Shown here: positions 46,649 to 56,874 of the stretch, in pieces | Position numbering within the stretch: the first letter of the stretch is position 1 | Layout: each line of letters opens with the position of its first letter | Source of the DNA: an uncultured Verrucomicrobiae bacterium | GTDB lineage: Bacteria; Verrucomicrobiota; Verrucomicrobiia; Chthoniobacterales; UBA10450 | NCBI GenBank assembly: GCA_963735805.1 | Contig: CAVTMK010000002.1 | Coordinates: forward strand, 704,001 to 768,000 | Length of the DNA stretch: 64,000 nt | Reading direction: 5' to 3' | Notes under the pieces: generated by a model | Told to the model about the DNA's origin: nothing | Database searches by the model: none | What the model saw: the letters and a program-made list of their open reading frames with translations, nothing else | Program-made: the position numbers and the translations under genes

Positions 46649-49600
46649 ATGAACGAACATTCCTGGCGTGAGTTAGTGGGCGAAGAGCGCCCAGTGGGCT
46701 TTGATCAAGTGGCGATCGGCGTCGCGTCAAGCGACACCATGCGCTCGTGGAGTAAAGGCGAAGTCAAAAATCCCGAGACAATCAATTACCGGACTTTTAA
46801 ACCGGAGAAAGGGGGCCTTTTCTGTGAACGCATTTTTGGTCCGACGCGCGATTGGGAATGCTCATGTGGAAAATACAAGCGTATTAAGCATAAGGGAGTC
46901 ATCTGCGACCGGTGCGGCGTGGAAGTTACATTGGCTCGCGTCCGTCGCGAAAGAATGGGGCACATCGAATTAGCAGTGCCCGTTTCGCACATCTGGTTTT
47001 ACAAATGCATGCCTTCGCGCATTGGGCTCATGCTGGATATGAGCGCACGCCAGCTCGAACGGGTCATCTATTACGAGGATTATATCGTCATCGATCCGGG
47101 CAAGACGCCATTGCAGAAGACGCAGCTGCTCAACGAAGTCGAATACCGCGAGGCGCAGGAACAATACGGCGAAGATTTCGTCGCAGGCATGGGCGCGGAA
47201 GCAATCAGAAAACTTTTGGCCGAGATCGATCTCAACAAGCTCAACAAGGAGCTTGAGAAAGCGATGGGCGCCACTAAGAGCAAACAAATTCGCAAGAAGC
47301 TGGCCAAGCGGCTCAAGCTTATCCAGGGCTTCCAGAATTCGCACGCCCGTCCTGAATGGATGATTCTGGATGTATTGCCGGTTATTCCGCCAGATCTGCG
47401 TCCTTTGGTTCCCCTCGAAGGCGGACGCTTTGCCACCTCGGACCTGAACGATCTTTATCGCCGGGTTATCAATCGTAACAACCGGTTGAAAAACCTGCTC
47501 ATGCTCAAAACGCCGGACGTCATCATTCGCAATGAAAAGCGCATGCTGCAGGAAGCAGTCGATGCGTTGTTCGACAATGGCAGACATGGTCGGGCTGTGA
47601 CCGGCGCCGGTAATAGGCCTCTCAAATCCCTGAGCGATATGCTCAAAGGGAAAGGTGGTCGTTTCCGTCAAAATCTACTCGGCAAACGTGTCGATTACTC
47701 AGGCCGCTCCGTAATTGTGATCGGGCCGGAGCTAAAGCTGCAGCAATGTGGATTGCCGAAAAAGATGGCGCTGGTTTTGTTCGAGCCGTTCATCATCCGT
47801 CGGTTAAAGGACCTGGGCTATGTACACACCGTGCGCAGCGCGAAAAAGATGATCGAGCGTCAGACACCGGAGGTCTGGGACATTCTTGAAGAAGTGACTA
47901 AGGGCCATCCGGTGTTGCTGAATCGCGCGCCCACCCTGCATCGTTTGTCCATTCAGGCTTTTGAACCGCAATTAATCGAGGGTGAAGCCATTCGCATTCA
48001 TCCGTTGGTTTGCACCGCTTACAATGCGGACTTCGACGGCGACCAGATGGCGGTGCACGTTCCGCTTTCGGTGGAAGCTCAGATGGAAGCGCGCATGCTG
48101 ATGCTCGCACCAAATAACATCTTTTCTCCTTCCAGCGGCAAGCCTATCACAACGCCTTCCCAGGATATCACGCTCGGTTGTTACTACCTTACTCAAAACC
48201 CGCGCGGCGGAATTAAGGATGGACAGCGGCTCCCACTCTTTGCCGATGCGATCGAGGTGGAATTTGCCATGACGGAAGGAAGCGTTCGTACGCACGACCG
48301 TATCCGACTCAAGAACCCGGATTTTGGCAAACAAACAATCTACGGAAACGCGGAGTCCAGAACCATCGAAACCACTGCGGGTCGTGTCATTTTCAATGAG
48401 ATTTGGCCCAAGCAGCTTGGATTCTTCAACAGAGCCGCAGGCAAAAAGCAACTTAGCGACATTATCTGGCGCTGTTATCAAATCGCAGGGCCGGCGGAAA
48501 CTGTAGCGACCCTCGACAAGTTAAAAGAACTCGGGTTTGCCGAAGCTACGAAGGCTGGCATCTCAATTGGAATTTCGGACATGATCATTCCGAAAGAGAA
48601 AGAGACGGAGCTGGAAAATGCCTATAAGCAAATTCGACAGGTTGAGCAGCAGTATCGCAAGGGCATCATCACCGATGGCGAGCGCTACAATAAGATCATT
48701 GATATCTGGACACACGCCGGCGACGAAATTTCCGGCGCGATGTTCCGCACGCTGGAACACAACGATGGCCGTAAAGAGTTGAATCCTGTCTTCTTGATGG
48801 TCGATTCTGGTTCGCGTGGGAACCGCCAGCAAGTTAGGCAGCTGGCAGGTATGCGCGGCTTGATGGCCAAACCTTCGGGCGAAATCATCGAGCGGCCGAT
48901 CACGTCGAACTTCCGCGAAGGGCTGACCGTGCTGGAGTACTTTATTTCCACTCACGGCGCTCGCAAAGGTCTTGCCGACACGGCGCTAAAGACTGCCGAC
49001 TCTGGATATCTGACGCGCAAACTCGTCGACGCAGCACAGGACGTGATCATCAATGAAAAAGATTGTGGAACTGTAAATGGTATCGTCGTGCGCTCGATTT
49101 ACGAAGGCGACGAAGAGGTAGTCGATCTTGGGCAGCGCATTATCGGACGTGTAAGCTGCGAAACGATCGCCGATCCGGTCGACAAGAAGAAAAAGATCGT
49201 TAAAGCGAATCAGTTGATTGATGAAAAGATCGCCGCGGAGCTTCAGCGCGTAGGCGTGGAGAGCTTGAAGATTCGTTCGGTTCTCACCTGTGAGTGTGGC
49301 CGCGGCGTGTGCGCGATGTGTTATGGCCGCAATCTTGCGACGGGCCAATTTGTTAAGCTCGGGGAAGCAGTAGGGATTATTGCTGCCCAGTCGATCGGCG
49401 AACCGGGAACGCAGTTGACGATGCGCACGTTCCACATCGGCGGTACGGCCAGTCAGACTTTCAAACAACCAATCATCAAGGCGAAGAACGACGGCACGGT
49501 GCGTTTCAACGACCTGCGGACTGTTCAGGCACTCGACGGTAGTTGGATCGCGTTGAACAAGAACGGCTCTATTAGCGTGCACAACGCGGAAGGCCGCGAA

Positions 49601-50767
49601 CTCGAACGATACAACGTCGTGATCGGTTCAATGATCTCCAAGAGCGACGGCGCTGAGGTTAAGAAGGGCGAGACTTTCGTTCAATGGGACCCCTACAACG
49701 TGCCGATTCTCACCGACAAAGGTGGCAAAATTGAGTTCCGCGATATGATCGCCGGTGTCACAATCAAGCGGGACGTCGATGAGGCAACGGGCTTGATGGG
49801 TACCGTCATCATTGAGCACAAGGAGGATTTGCACCCGCAAATTGTTATCGTGGAGGACAAGAAGGAAGTCCTCGCAAGTTATTCCATCCCGGCCGGTGCG
49901 CATGTCATTGTGGAAGAAGGTCAAAAGGTGCGTGCTGGCGCCTTGCTGGCAAAGACGCCTCGGAAAGTTGCAAAGACCAAAGACATCACCGGAGGTCTGC
50001 CACGTGTAGCTGAACTATTCGAAGCACGCCGGCCGAAGGATGCTGCCGAGATTGCCAAGATCGATGGCGTTGTCGAAATGGGCGGCACAGTGCGCGGGAA
50101 ACGTCGTCTGATTTTGAAAGATCCCGATACTGGAACAGAAGAAGAACACCTGATCCCGCTTACCAAGCACATTATCGTGTTTAAGGGCGATTTTGTTAAG
50201 AAAGGCCAGCAACTGACCGAAGGCCCTGTCGTTCCTCACGAAATCCTGGAAGTCTGCGGCCCACAGGATTTGCAGGAGCATCTCGTCAACGAAGTTCAGG
50301 AGGTATACCGATTACAAGGTGTGGAAATTAACGACAAACATATCGAAATCATCGTGCGTCAGATGCTGCGAAAGGTGAAGATTACCGACCCAGGCGATAC
50401 CTCGTTGCTGTGGGGTGATCAGGTCGATAAACTCGACTTCGAGGAGGAAAACAAGAAGGTTGTCGAAAAGGGCGGCAAGCCGGCAGAAGCAGTTCCGGTC
50501 TTATTAGGAATCACGAAAGCTTCGCTCGAAACGGATAGCTTTATTTCCGCCGCCTCTTTCCAGGATACCACTCGCGTACTCACGGAGGCCGCTACTCTGG
50601 GCAAGGTGGATAGACTGCGCGGCTTCAAGGAAAACGTCATCATGGGTCACTTGATCCCTGCCGGCACTGGTTTCCCTGAGCACCGCGAGATTAAGCTCGT
50701 CGAAAAGGGTGAGCCGATTGGCGCGCCCGTAATAGAAGAAGCCGAGCCCCAGCCGGCGATCGGTTGA
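46649..50767 (+). CDS. rpoC: RNA polymerase beta' subunit
   Basis: Motifs PETINYRT, zinc-binding [20 protein letters not shown] and [13 protein letters not shown]. Confidence 0.99.
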   Translation: MNEHSWRELVGEERPVGFDQVAIGVASSDTMRSWSKGEVKNPETINYRTFKPEKGGLFCERIFGPTRDWECSCGKYKRIKHKGVICDRCGVEVTLARVRRERMGHIELAVPVSHIWFYKCMPSRIGLMLDMSARQLERVIYYEDYIVIDPGKTPLQKTQLLNEVEYREAQEQYGEDFVAGMGAEAIRKLLAEIDLNKLNKELEKAMGATKSKQIRKKLAKRLKLIQGFQNSHARPEWMILDVLPVIPPDLRPLVPLEGGRFATSDLNDLYRRVINRNNRLKNLLMLKTPDVIIRNEKRMLQEAVDALFDNGRHGRAVTGAGNRPLKSLSDMLKGKGGRFRQNLLGKRVDYSGRSVIVIGPELKLQQCGLPKKMALVLFEPFIIRRLKDLGYVHTVRSAKKMIERQTPEVWDILEEVTKGHPVLLNRAPTLHRLSIQAFEPQLIEGEAIRIHPLVCTAYNADFDGDQMAVHVPLSVEAQMEARMLMLAPNNIFSPSSGKPITTPSQDITLGCYYLTQNPRGGIKDGQRLPLFADAIEVEFAMTEGSVRTHDRIRLKNPDFGKQTIYGNAESRTIETTAGRVIFNEIWPKQLGFFNRAAGKKQLSDIIWRCYQIAGPAETVATLDKLKELGFAEATKAGISIGISDMIIPKEKETELENAYKQIRQVEQQYRKGIITDGERYNKIIDIWTHAGDEISGAMFRTLEHNDGRKELNPVFLMVDSGSRGNRQQVRQLAGMRGLMAKPSGEIIERPITSNFREGLTVLEYFISTHGARKGLADTALKTADSGYLTRKLVDAAQDVIINEKDCGTVNGIVVRSIYEGDEEVVDLGQRIIGRVSCETIADPVDKKKKIVKANQLIDEKIAAELQRVGVESLKIRSVLTCECGRGVCAMCYGRNLATGQFVKLGEAVGIIAAQSIGEPGTQLTMRTFHIGGTASQTFKQPIIKAKNDGTVRFNDLRTVQALDGSWIALNKNGSISVHNAEGRELERYNVVIGSMISKSDGAEVKKGETFVQWDPYNVPILTDKGGKIEFRDMIAGVTIKRDVDEATGLMGTVIIEHKEDLHPQIVIVEDKKEVLASYSIPAGAHVIVEEGQKVRAGALLAKTPRKVAKTKDITGGLPRVAELFEARRPKDAAEIAKIDGVVEMGGTVRGKRRLILKDPDTGTEEEHLIPLTKHIIVFKGDFVKKGQQLTEGPVVPHEILEVCGPQDLQEHLVNEVQEVYRLQGVEINDKHIEIIVRQMLRKVKITDPGDTSLLWGDQVDKLDFEEENKKVVEKGGKPAEAVPVLLGITKASLETDSFISAASFQDTTRVLTEAATLGKVDRLRGFKENVIMGHLIPAGTGFPEHREIKLVEKGEPIGAPVIEEAEPQPAIG

Positions 50768-50785
50768 GTTAGGTTTACCGGGACG

Positions 50786-50848
50786 TTGTAGGGATTCTGC
50801 GCGCCAAACGCCGGCTGGTTATTGGCGTTTCATCGAAACGCCCTACAA
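50786..50848. repeat. GTAG-type REP doublet between rpoC and pduO
   Basis: TTGTAGGG...CCCTACAA ends with hairpin GGCGTTTC/GAAACGCC. Confidence 0.8.
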
Positions 50849-50856
50849 TCTGCCTG

Positions 50857-51402
50857 ATGTCGATTGTCACAAAAACGGGCGATAAGGGCGAAACTTCCCT
50901 CATGTACGGCCATCGCGTCTCGAAGAGCGATGCGCGCGTCGATGCTTACGGCTGTGTGGATGAGCTGACTGCTGCGCTTGGTCTGGCTCGATCCATTGCA
51001 ACCGACAAATTCATTTCCGGCGAAATCTTAGCCGCACAAAAAGATTTAATTGTTGTAATGGGAGAGCTGGCAACCGCTCCGAGCGACATGGAGCGTTTTG
51101 CGAAGGATGGCTTTCACACCACCACGTCGGCGATGGTCGACCGCATCACAGCAGTGATTAACGAACTTGAGAAAGACAAATCGCTTTATCCTAAGGACTG
51201 GGTGATCCCCGGGGAAAATCGAGTTTCTGCAGCTCTCGATTTTGCTCGCACAACATGCCGTCGCGCCGAGCGGCATATCGCTGCATTCAGTACCGCTGAC
51301 GCAAAATTCAACTTTGAGATTTTGCGTTATCTAAATCGTCTTTCGGATCTCTGCTGGATACTGGCCAGATACATCGAGAAAGATTCGCGAAGTTCCAGTT
51401 AA
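50857..51402 (+). CDS. PduO-type ATP:cob(I)alamin adenosyltransferase
   Basis: Motifs IVTKTGDKGETSL, YG.VDEL, ARTTCRRAER and YLNRLSD. Confidence 0.95.
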   Translation: MSIVTKTGDKGETSLMYGHRVSKSDARVDAYGCVDELTAALGLARSIATDKFISGEILAAQKDLIVVMGELATAPSDMERFAKDGFHTTTSAMVDRITAVINELEKDKSLYPKDWVIPGENRVSAALDFARTTCRRAERHIAAFSTADAKFNFEILRYLNRLSDLCWILARYIEKDSRSSS

Positions 51403-51435
51403 CGGCGCGTTGCTGCTACACCCCTCGAATTGCGC

Positions 51436-51474
51436 TGCAATACAGCGTTAGAAATTGGCAACTCTCCGGCAGCG
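51436..51474 (+). promoter_or_regulatory. Conserved upstream motif, copy 1
   Basis: 32/39 ungapped identity to 52425-52463, with the same spacing to the start codon. Confidence 0.65.
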
Positions 51475-51506
51475 GAAGTCATCGCTTCTTGGTAGAAATG
51501 CCGGCG

Positions 51507-52418
51507 ATGAAAATCAGAATTACATTAATCGCAGCAATTTCATTTTGTATTTCAATTGCTCGCGGCGACGAGGCAATTTTCGCCTGGACTTACTCCACCG
51601 ATTTGCTCCCCAAAGGCCGGTGGGAATTTGAGCAATGGATGACCGCGCGCTGGGAAAAAGAGAGCGGCATCTACAATGTCTTCGATTTTCGCGAAGAACT
51701 CGAGTACGGACTCACAGATAATTTTCAGGTCGCGCTTTACTTGAACCATCACTACGTCAGCGCAGATGACGACTTCCCGGTGGCAGACCCGGCGCACCCG
51801 AAAAAACGGCTGCCCGGTGTTTACGAAACCGGCGGCGAGGATGTCCACGCGGGCCACGATCCAGCCACACCGTTCGACAGCTATCACTTCGAATCAGTTT
51901 CTTTCGAAGCCATTTATCGTGTGTTAAGCCCGTACAAGAACCCGATTGGGCTTGCTTTTTATTTTGAACCGGCCGTTGGGGACCAGGAAACGGAGCTGGA
52001 ATGGAAAATTTTGCTTCAGAAAAACTGGCTCGAAGATCGGCTCGTTTGGGCATTAAACGTTAATTACGAACTGGAATACGAAAAGGAGAATGACGGCAGT
52101 TACGAGCGCGACGGCATGTTCGAATGGTTCACCGGACTCTCTTACCGCTTTATGCGCAATTGGTCAGGAGGTTTGGAATTTTGGAATCATCACGAATTTG
52201 CCGATGCCACTGTCCATGAGCATTCGGCTTATTTTATTGGACCGACGATTCATTATGGCGGCGAACGCTGGTGGGCCACGCTCGGATTCCTTCGTCAGTT
52301 ACCAATCGGGCAGGCATTTAGTCAGGATAACAAGGAGTTTGCCGCGCACGACGGTTACATCTTTGGCGATGAGCACGAAAAATATTACGTGCGGGTTCGG
52401 ATAGGGTTTAATTTTTAG
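51507..52418 (+). CDS. Putative outer-membrane beta-barrel protein A (DUF6662-like)
   Basis: Signal peptide ARG-DE, aromatic amphipathic strands (ELEYGLTDNFQVALY, YRVLSPYKNPIGLA) and C-terminal beta-signal VRIGFNF. Confidence 0.75.
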   Translation: MKIRITLIAAISFCISIARGDEAIFAWTYSTDLLPKGRWEFEQWMTARWEKESGIYNVFDFREELEYGLTDNFQVALYLNHHYVSADDDFPVADPAHPKKRLPGVYETGGEDVHAGHDPATPFDSYHFESVSFEAIYRVLSPYKNPIGLAFYFEPAVGDQETELEWKILLQKNWLEDRLVWALNVNYELEYEKENDGSYERDGMFEWFTGLSYRFMRNWSGGLEFWNHHEFADATVHEHSAYFIGPTIHYGGERWWATLGFLRQLPIGQAFSQDNKEFAAHDGYIFGDEHEKYYVRVRIGFNF

Positions 52419-52424
52419 GCGTAT

Positions 52425-52463
52425 TGCAATCCTGCGTCAAAAAATAGCAACGCTCCGGCAGCG
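52425..52463 (+). promoter_or_regulatory. Conserved upstream motif, copy 2
   Basis: TGCAATCCTGCGTCAAAAAATAGCAACGCTCCGGCAGCG; see copy 1. Confidence 0.65.
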
Positions 52464-52495
52464 CATTTCTGGAGTCGGTGTTAGGAATCGAAGCG

Positions 52496-53344
52496 GTGAA
52501 GATTCGCTTTCTCTTGATGCTTCTTTTTCTGCTTTGTCTTGGCCAGTTGCGCGCTGACGAGCAACTGTTCGGTTTCGTGCGCGGAGCGGAAACGCTTCCC
52601 GCGAACCGGTGGGAGGCTTATCAATTCGTTACTTTGGGCGAAGGAAAGAGCGAAGGGACGTACTACGGAACGCATTTCGAAACGGAAGCCGAATATGGAT
52701 TCACCGATCAATTCCAGGCGAGCCTTTCGCTCATCCAACATTATTTCTACAACAAGGGGGTGGATGGCGACCGCGATGCGTTGGACAACACCAACGCTTA
52801 CCGCTTCGGCGGATTTGAGGGCTCGGCAAAATATCGCTTATTGAGCCCGTTCAAGGATCCTCTTGGCCTGGCGTTACGATTGGAGGCTGGTTACTTATTA
52901 CACGATGAAGTCGATGGGCTAGATCAACACGAACGCTACATCAAGCCCGAGATCGATTTCCAAAAAGACTTTCTCGAAGACCGGTTGATTTGCGCGGTCG
53001 ATTTTGGTGTGGAATGGGCGTGGGGCAAACAGCCGGCCGAGCAATATCCCAGAGAACTCGCTTTCGAAGGCGCAGCGGGTGTGGCCTATCGTTTTGCTCC
53101 AAATTGGTATGCGGGCGTGGAAATTCACACCCGATGGGAATATCCGCTTTTCGATTTCGATAATTTCGAACACCGCGTTTTTTATGCTGGCCCGAGCATC
53201 CATTATTCGCAAGAGCGCTGGTGGGCCACACTGACCTGGAATTATCAGGTTTACGGCAAGGGTGTGGACGAGCCGACCGATGGGCAAACCTTTGCTGAGG
53301 AAACGCGGCAATTATTTCGGTTAAAAGTGGGATTTAATTTTTAG
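52496..53344 (+). CDS. Putative outer-membrane beta-barrel protein B (paralog of A)
   Basis: Signal peptide LRA-DE; EAEYGFTDQFQ, YRLLSPFKDPLGLA, GPSIHY...RWWATL and C-terminal KVGFNF. Confidence 0.75.
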   Translation: MKIRFLLMLLFLLCLGQLRADEQLFGFVRGAETLPANRWEAYQFVTLGEGKSEGTYYGTHFETEAEYGFTDQFQASLSLIQHYFYNKGVDGDRDALDNTNAYRFGGFEGSAKYRLLSPFKDPLGLALRLEAGYLLHDEVDGLDQHERYIKPEIDFQKDFLEDRLICAVDFGVEWAWGKQPAEQYPRELAFEGAAGVAYRFAPNWYAGVEIHTRWEYPLFDFDNFEHRVFYAGPSIHYSQERWWATLTWNYQVYGKGVDEPTDGQTFAEETRQLFRLKVGFNF

Positions 53345-53350
53345 CGCGCG

Positions 53351-53875
53351 ATGAAGCCGGAATTCATTTTCGTTGCGCTGCCAGCTTCGGCGTTAATCGC
53401 CCCGTCCGCATTTGCGATTCAATACTTAACTGTCGATCAAGCGCAGCACGCGATTTTTCCGGGCAAATCATTCACGGCGGCTCCTATGAAGCTCACGAGC
53501 GCCCAACGCAAGGGCATTGAGCAGGCGAGTGGCGTGCGGGTTCTGCGCGACGAACAACAGGTCTGGCGTGTAAACGGAGGTGGCTGGTTTATCGTCGATG
53601 AAGTTGTCGGCAAACACGAATTCATCACTTACGCGGCGGGACTTAATCCTGATGGATCGGTTAAGCAGATTGAAATCATGGACTATCGCGAAACCTATGG
53701 TGGCCAGATTCGAGATCAAAAGTGGCGCGCCCAATTTGTCGGGAAGACCAGCAGATCGACGCTCCAACTCGATCGCGATATCAAAAACATCAGTGGAGCG
53801 ACTTTGAGTTGCCGGCACATCACTGACGGGGTTAAACGTCTTTTGGCATTTTATGAAATCGCCCTCAAACATTGA
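53351..53875 (+). CDS. Secreted FMN-binding domain protein (flavinylation substrate)
   Basis: Signal peptide AFA-IQ; YRETYG, W..QFVGK and the flavinylation motif NISGATLS (SGAT at 53792-53803). Confidence 0.88.
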   Translation: MKPEFIFVALPASALIAPSAFAIQYLTVDQAQHAIFPGKSFTAAPMKLTSAQRKGIEQASGVRVLRDEQQVWRVNGGGWFIVDEVVGKHEFITYAAGLNPDGSVKQIEIMDYRETYGGQIRDQKWRAQFVGKTSRSTLQLDRDIKNISGATLSCRHITDGVKRLLAFYEIALKH

Positions 53876-54734
53876 AGTGCGGCGGTGTCGGCCGCTGCTG
53901 GGCACATTTGTCGAAATCACGGCGCGTGGACACGACGAAAGATTACTCGGCCGCGGAATCGAAGCTGGATTCGCTGCGATTGCGACGGTGCATCGCTTGA
54001 TGAGCTTTCACGACCGCTTAAGTGATGTCTCGCGCATGAATCGGGACGCGTTTCCAAAAGGTGTGAAAGTGCACCCGTGGACCTGGCAAGTCATGAAGGC
54101 GTCAAAGCGGTTTGCCGAAGAGAGCCACGGCGCGTTCGATATCACGGTCGCTCCGTGGCTCACCAAATGGAATTATCTTCCTCGTCGCGGTTATCAGTTT
54201 AGTCCGATCGCCAGCTCGCGTGACATTTTTCTTCGACGAAATTACGAAGTCTTTTTCCAACGGGACTTGATTGTAGATCTTGGAGGGATCGCGAAGGGTT
54301 TTGCGGTCGATCGCGCAGCCGATGCGCTGAAGGAGAATGGAATTGAGTGCGGACTCGTAAATGCCGGTGGCGACCTCAGAGCATTTGGGCTGGCAGCGCG
54401 GCTTATTCATCTGCGAAGCCCCACGGATCCGACGCGCGTTGCCGGAGCGGTGCGCCTGCGCGAGCGTGCCATGGCGACTTCGGGAACCTATTTCGAGCGT
54501 CGACGATATCGCGGCGAGTACGTAACCCCATTGCTTGACGGGCGTACCGGTCAATCTGGGCGCGAACTGCTCAGCGTGAGCGTGGCGGCTGCGGAATGCA
54601 TGGCCGCCGATGCCCTGACCAAAATCGTTTTTGTAATGCGTGAGAAAGCTGCGGTCTTATTATCGCAGTATCATGCGGACGCAGTGTTGCTGGAGCGTAA
54701 TGGTGCGCCATCCTGGATGTTTAACTCGCTATGA
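53853..54734 (+). CDS. apbE: FAD:protein FMN transferase (ApbE family), divergent
   Basis: Motifs LLGT.V.I, SDVSRMN, GAFDITV, DLGGIAKGFAVD, NAGGD, MATSG and ADALT. Confidence 0.9.
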   Translation: MKSPSNIEVRRCRPLLGTFVEITARGHDERLLGRGIEAGFAAIATVHRLMSFHDRLSDVSRMNRDAFPKGVKVHPWTWQVMKASKRFAEESHGAFDITVAPWLTKWNYLPRRGYQFSPIASSRDIFLRRNYEVFFQRDLIVDLGGIAKGFAVDRAADALKENGIECGLVNAGGDLRAFGLAARLIHLRSPTDPTRVAGAVRLRERAMATSGTYFERRRYRGEYVTPLLDGRTGQSGRELLSVSVAAAECMAADALTKIVFVMREKAAVLLSQYHADAVLLERNGAPSWMFNSL

Positions 54735-55303
54735 GACACCTCCGACCGGACTCGATTCGATTGAAGCGTTTGCAGAGATATTCGCTCTACACCGTATTGG
54801 GGCTGCTTTTTTTGAGCGGTGCCGTGTGGGCATATTGGAATTATCTTGTGGCTCCGCCGGGCGATTTTGAGATGGGCGCAAAATCCTGGGCGATGAAAAT
54901 CCATGGCGCTGCCGCGATGGCGATTTTGGTCTTGATCGGCATGCTCCTGAACGGCCATGTGAGACTCGCATGGCGCGCCCGCCGCAATCGAACAAGCGGC
55001 TCCATTTTTCTGAGTACTTTCGCCGTTTTGACCATTACCGGCTACGGCCTCTACTACGCAGGTGGCGAAAGATTGCGTGCGGGCACAAGTTGGATTCATC
55101 TCACTCTCGGTCTGGCTTTGCCGGTTTTGCTGCTGATCCACATTTTACTGGGAAGGAGGAGTCGGCATTCCGCACAACTTCGATCAGCGTTGCGTTCTGC
55201 GTCTCGAGACGCCGGGGCTCGGCGTCCAAAATCCCATTATATTGAGCTTACTGAAAGCGAGGACAGGGCTGAATTTCAGGTTGCACATCGACGGGTGCTG
55301 TAG
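54731..55303 (+). CDS. Inner-membrane cytochrome b-like protein (DUF4405-like)
   Basis: Four TM helices with paired His (KIHG...GHV and WIH...LIH) and GYGLYY; ATGA-coupled to apbE. Confidence 0.7.
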   Translation: MRHLRPDSIRLKRLQRYSLYTVLGLLFLSGAVWAYWNYLVAPPGDFEMGAKSWAMKIHGAAAMAILVLIGMLLNGHVRLAWRARRNRTSGSIFLSTFAVLTITGYGLYYAGGERLRAGTSWIHLTLGLALPVLLLIHILLGRRSRHSAQLRSALRSASRDAGARRPKSHYIELTESEDRAEFQVAHRRVL

Positions 55304-55351
55304 CATCTTCACCGTCCCGCTCTGAAGTTCCCCCTTCGCGGATTGTCTCTT

Positions 55352-56083
55352 ATGGCAGATACCACAGAATTAGTACCTGAACTTTTGGAAGCTGGTGTTC
55401 ATTTTGGACACCAGACGAAGCGCTGGAACCCGAAGATGAAACCTTTCATCTTCGAGCAGCGCAATCAGATTTATATCATCAACTTGGATGAAACCGTGCT
55501 TCAGCTTCGGCGGGCTACTGAATTTCTCCAGGAAGTAACGCGCCGTGGCGGCAGGATTCTATTCGTTGGTTGCAAGAAACAGGCGCAGGAAGCAATAAAA
55601 GAGGCTGCCTTGGCTTGCGCGCAGTTTTACGTGAACCAGCGCTGGCTAGGCGGCACATTGACCAATCTCACGACCATTCGGAAGAGCATTGGACGGCTGA
55701 GATACATCGAACAGATCGAACAATCCCCGGAATACAAGAAGATGGGCAAGCAGGAGCTGGCCGCCCTTAATCGTGAGGGGGCAAAACTGCGGCGCAATCT
55801 CGATGGGATAATCGAGATGTCGCAATTGCCCGACGCCCTAGTCGTAATCGATACGATCCGCGAACAAAACGCCGTGAACGAAGCCAGACGTCTCGGGATT
55901 CCAGTGGTCGCCATCGTGGACACAAACGCAGACCCAGACGTCATCGATTACCCAATTGCCGGCAACGATGACGCGATACGCGCCATTCGGGTAATTCTCC
56001 AGAAACTTGTGGATTCTATCGTTTCGGCTGGCAATGAAGCGCGCATTCGCGAGCAGGTCGAAATGGCGGGCGTCTCAGCGTGA
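55352..56083 (+). CDS. rpsB: 30S ribosomal protein S2
   Basis: Motifs LLEAGVHFGHQTKRWNPKM, RWLGGTLTN, VDTNADP and GNDDAIR. Confidence 0.99.
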   Translation: MADTTELVPELLEAGVHFGHQTKRWNPKMKPFIFEQRNQIYIINLDETVLQLRRATEFLQEVTRRGGRILFVGCKKQAQEAIKEAALACAQFYVNQRWLGGTLTNLTTIRKSIGRLRYIEQIEQSPEYKKMGKQELAALNREGAKLRRNLDGIIEMSQLPDALVVIDTIREQNAVNEARRLGIPVVAIVDTNADPDVIDYPIAGNDDAIRAIRVILQKLVDSIVSAGNEARIREQVEMAGVSA

Positions 56084-56144
56084 TGCTTGCGTCGCGTTAC
56101 GAGCGCAATACTTCGAAAGTTCGAGACACGAGAATTCAACACTG

Positions 56145-56762
56145 ATGAAAACAACGGCTGAGATTGATCCCCAACTGGTTAAACAGCTGCGCGAAAAAAC
56201 GAACGCAGGTTTTATGGATTGCAAGCGCGCTCTTGTGGAAAGCGGGGGTAATCTGGAAAAGGCCGAGGCGATTCTGCGGACTAAAGGAATCGCCAGCGCC
56301 GGTAAAAAGGCTTCCCGCGCAACGAAAGAAGGCGTGGTGGCCTCGTATATACATCTGCAGGGGAAGGTTGGCGTGCTCGTGGAGGTGAATTCCGAGACCG
56401 ATTTCGTGGCGAGGAACGAGAATTTTCGTGAGTTCGTAAAGGACATTACCCTGCATATTGCGGCGGCACACCCGCTTTACGTCAGTCGTTCCGATGTGCC
56501 GGGCAATCTCGTCGAAGCTGAACGCGAAATTTACAAGGCCCAGGTCAAAGGAAAGCCGGAAAACGTTGCCGATAAAATTATCGAAGGAAAACTCGAGAAA
56601 TTTTACAGCACCGTTTGCTTACTCGAACAAGGCTTTATCAAAAATCCTGATGTGACAATTGGGGATTTACTCAACACCAAAATTTCGGAACTGGGAGAGA
56701 ATATCGTCATTCGGCGTTTCGTTCGCTACCTCGTAGGCGAGGCGCTGCCGAGCGAAACATAG
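56145..56762 (+). CDS. tsf: Elongation factor Ts (short form)
   Basis: Motifs VKQLREKT.AGFMDCK.AL, EVNSETDFVA, LLEQ.F.K and IRRFVRY. Confidence 0.97.
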   Translation: MKTTAEIDPQLVKQLREKTNAGFMDCKRALVESGGNLEKAEAILRTKGIASAGKKASRATKEGVVASYIHLQGKVGVLVEVNSETDFVARNENFREFVKDITLHIAAAHPLYVSRSDVPGNLVEAEREIYKAQVKGKPENVADKIIEGKLEKFYSTVCLLEQGFIKNPDVTIGDLLNTKISELGENIVIRRFVRYLVGEALPSET

Positions 56763-56770
56763 GTAGATCG

Positions 56771-56831
56771 TTGTAGCAGCGTTCGCACCAAATGGTGGGC
56801 GTCAAAACTCACCCCAGCGCGGTTTCTACAA
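56771..56831. repeat. Degenerate GTAG-type REP doublet
   Basis: TTGTAG...CTACAA ends 61 nt apart, similar to the other copies. Confidence 0.55.
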
Positions 56832-56874
56832 GATCGCGTGCAGATGCAGGATCCGCGATTAAGGTTGCGGTGAA

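Noticed and set aside
42934..50643. Many 60-230 aa antisense or alternative-frame ORFs over rpoB/rpoC (and over recA, tuf, alaS and others)
   Set aside because: They are shadow ORFs expected opposite GC-rich genes and contain no recognisable motifs.
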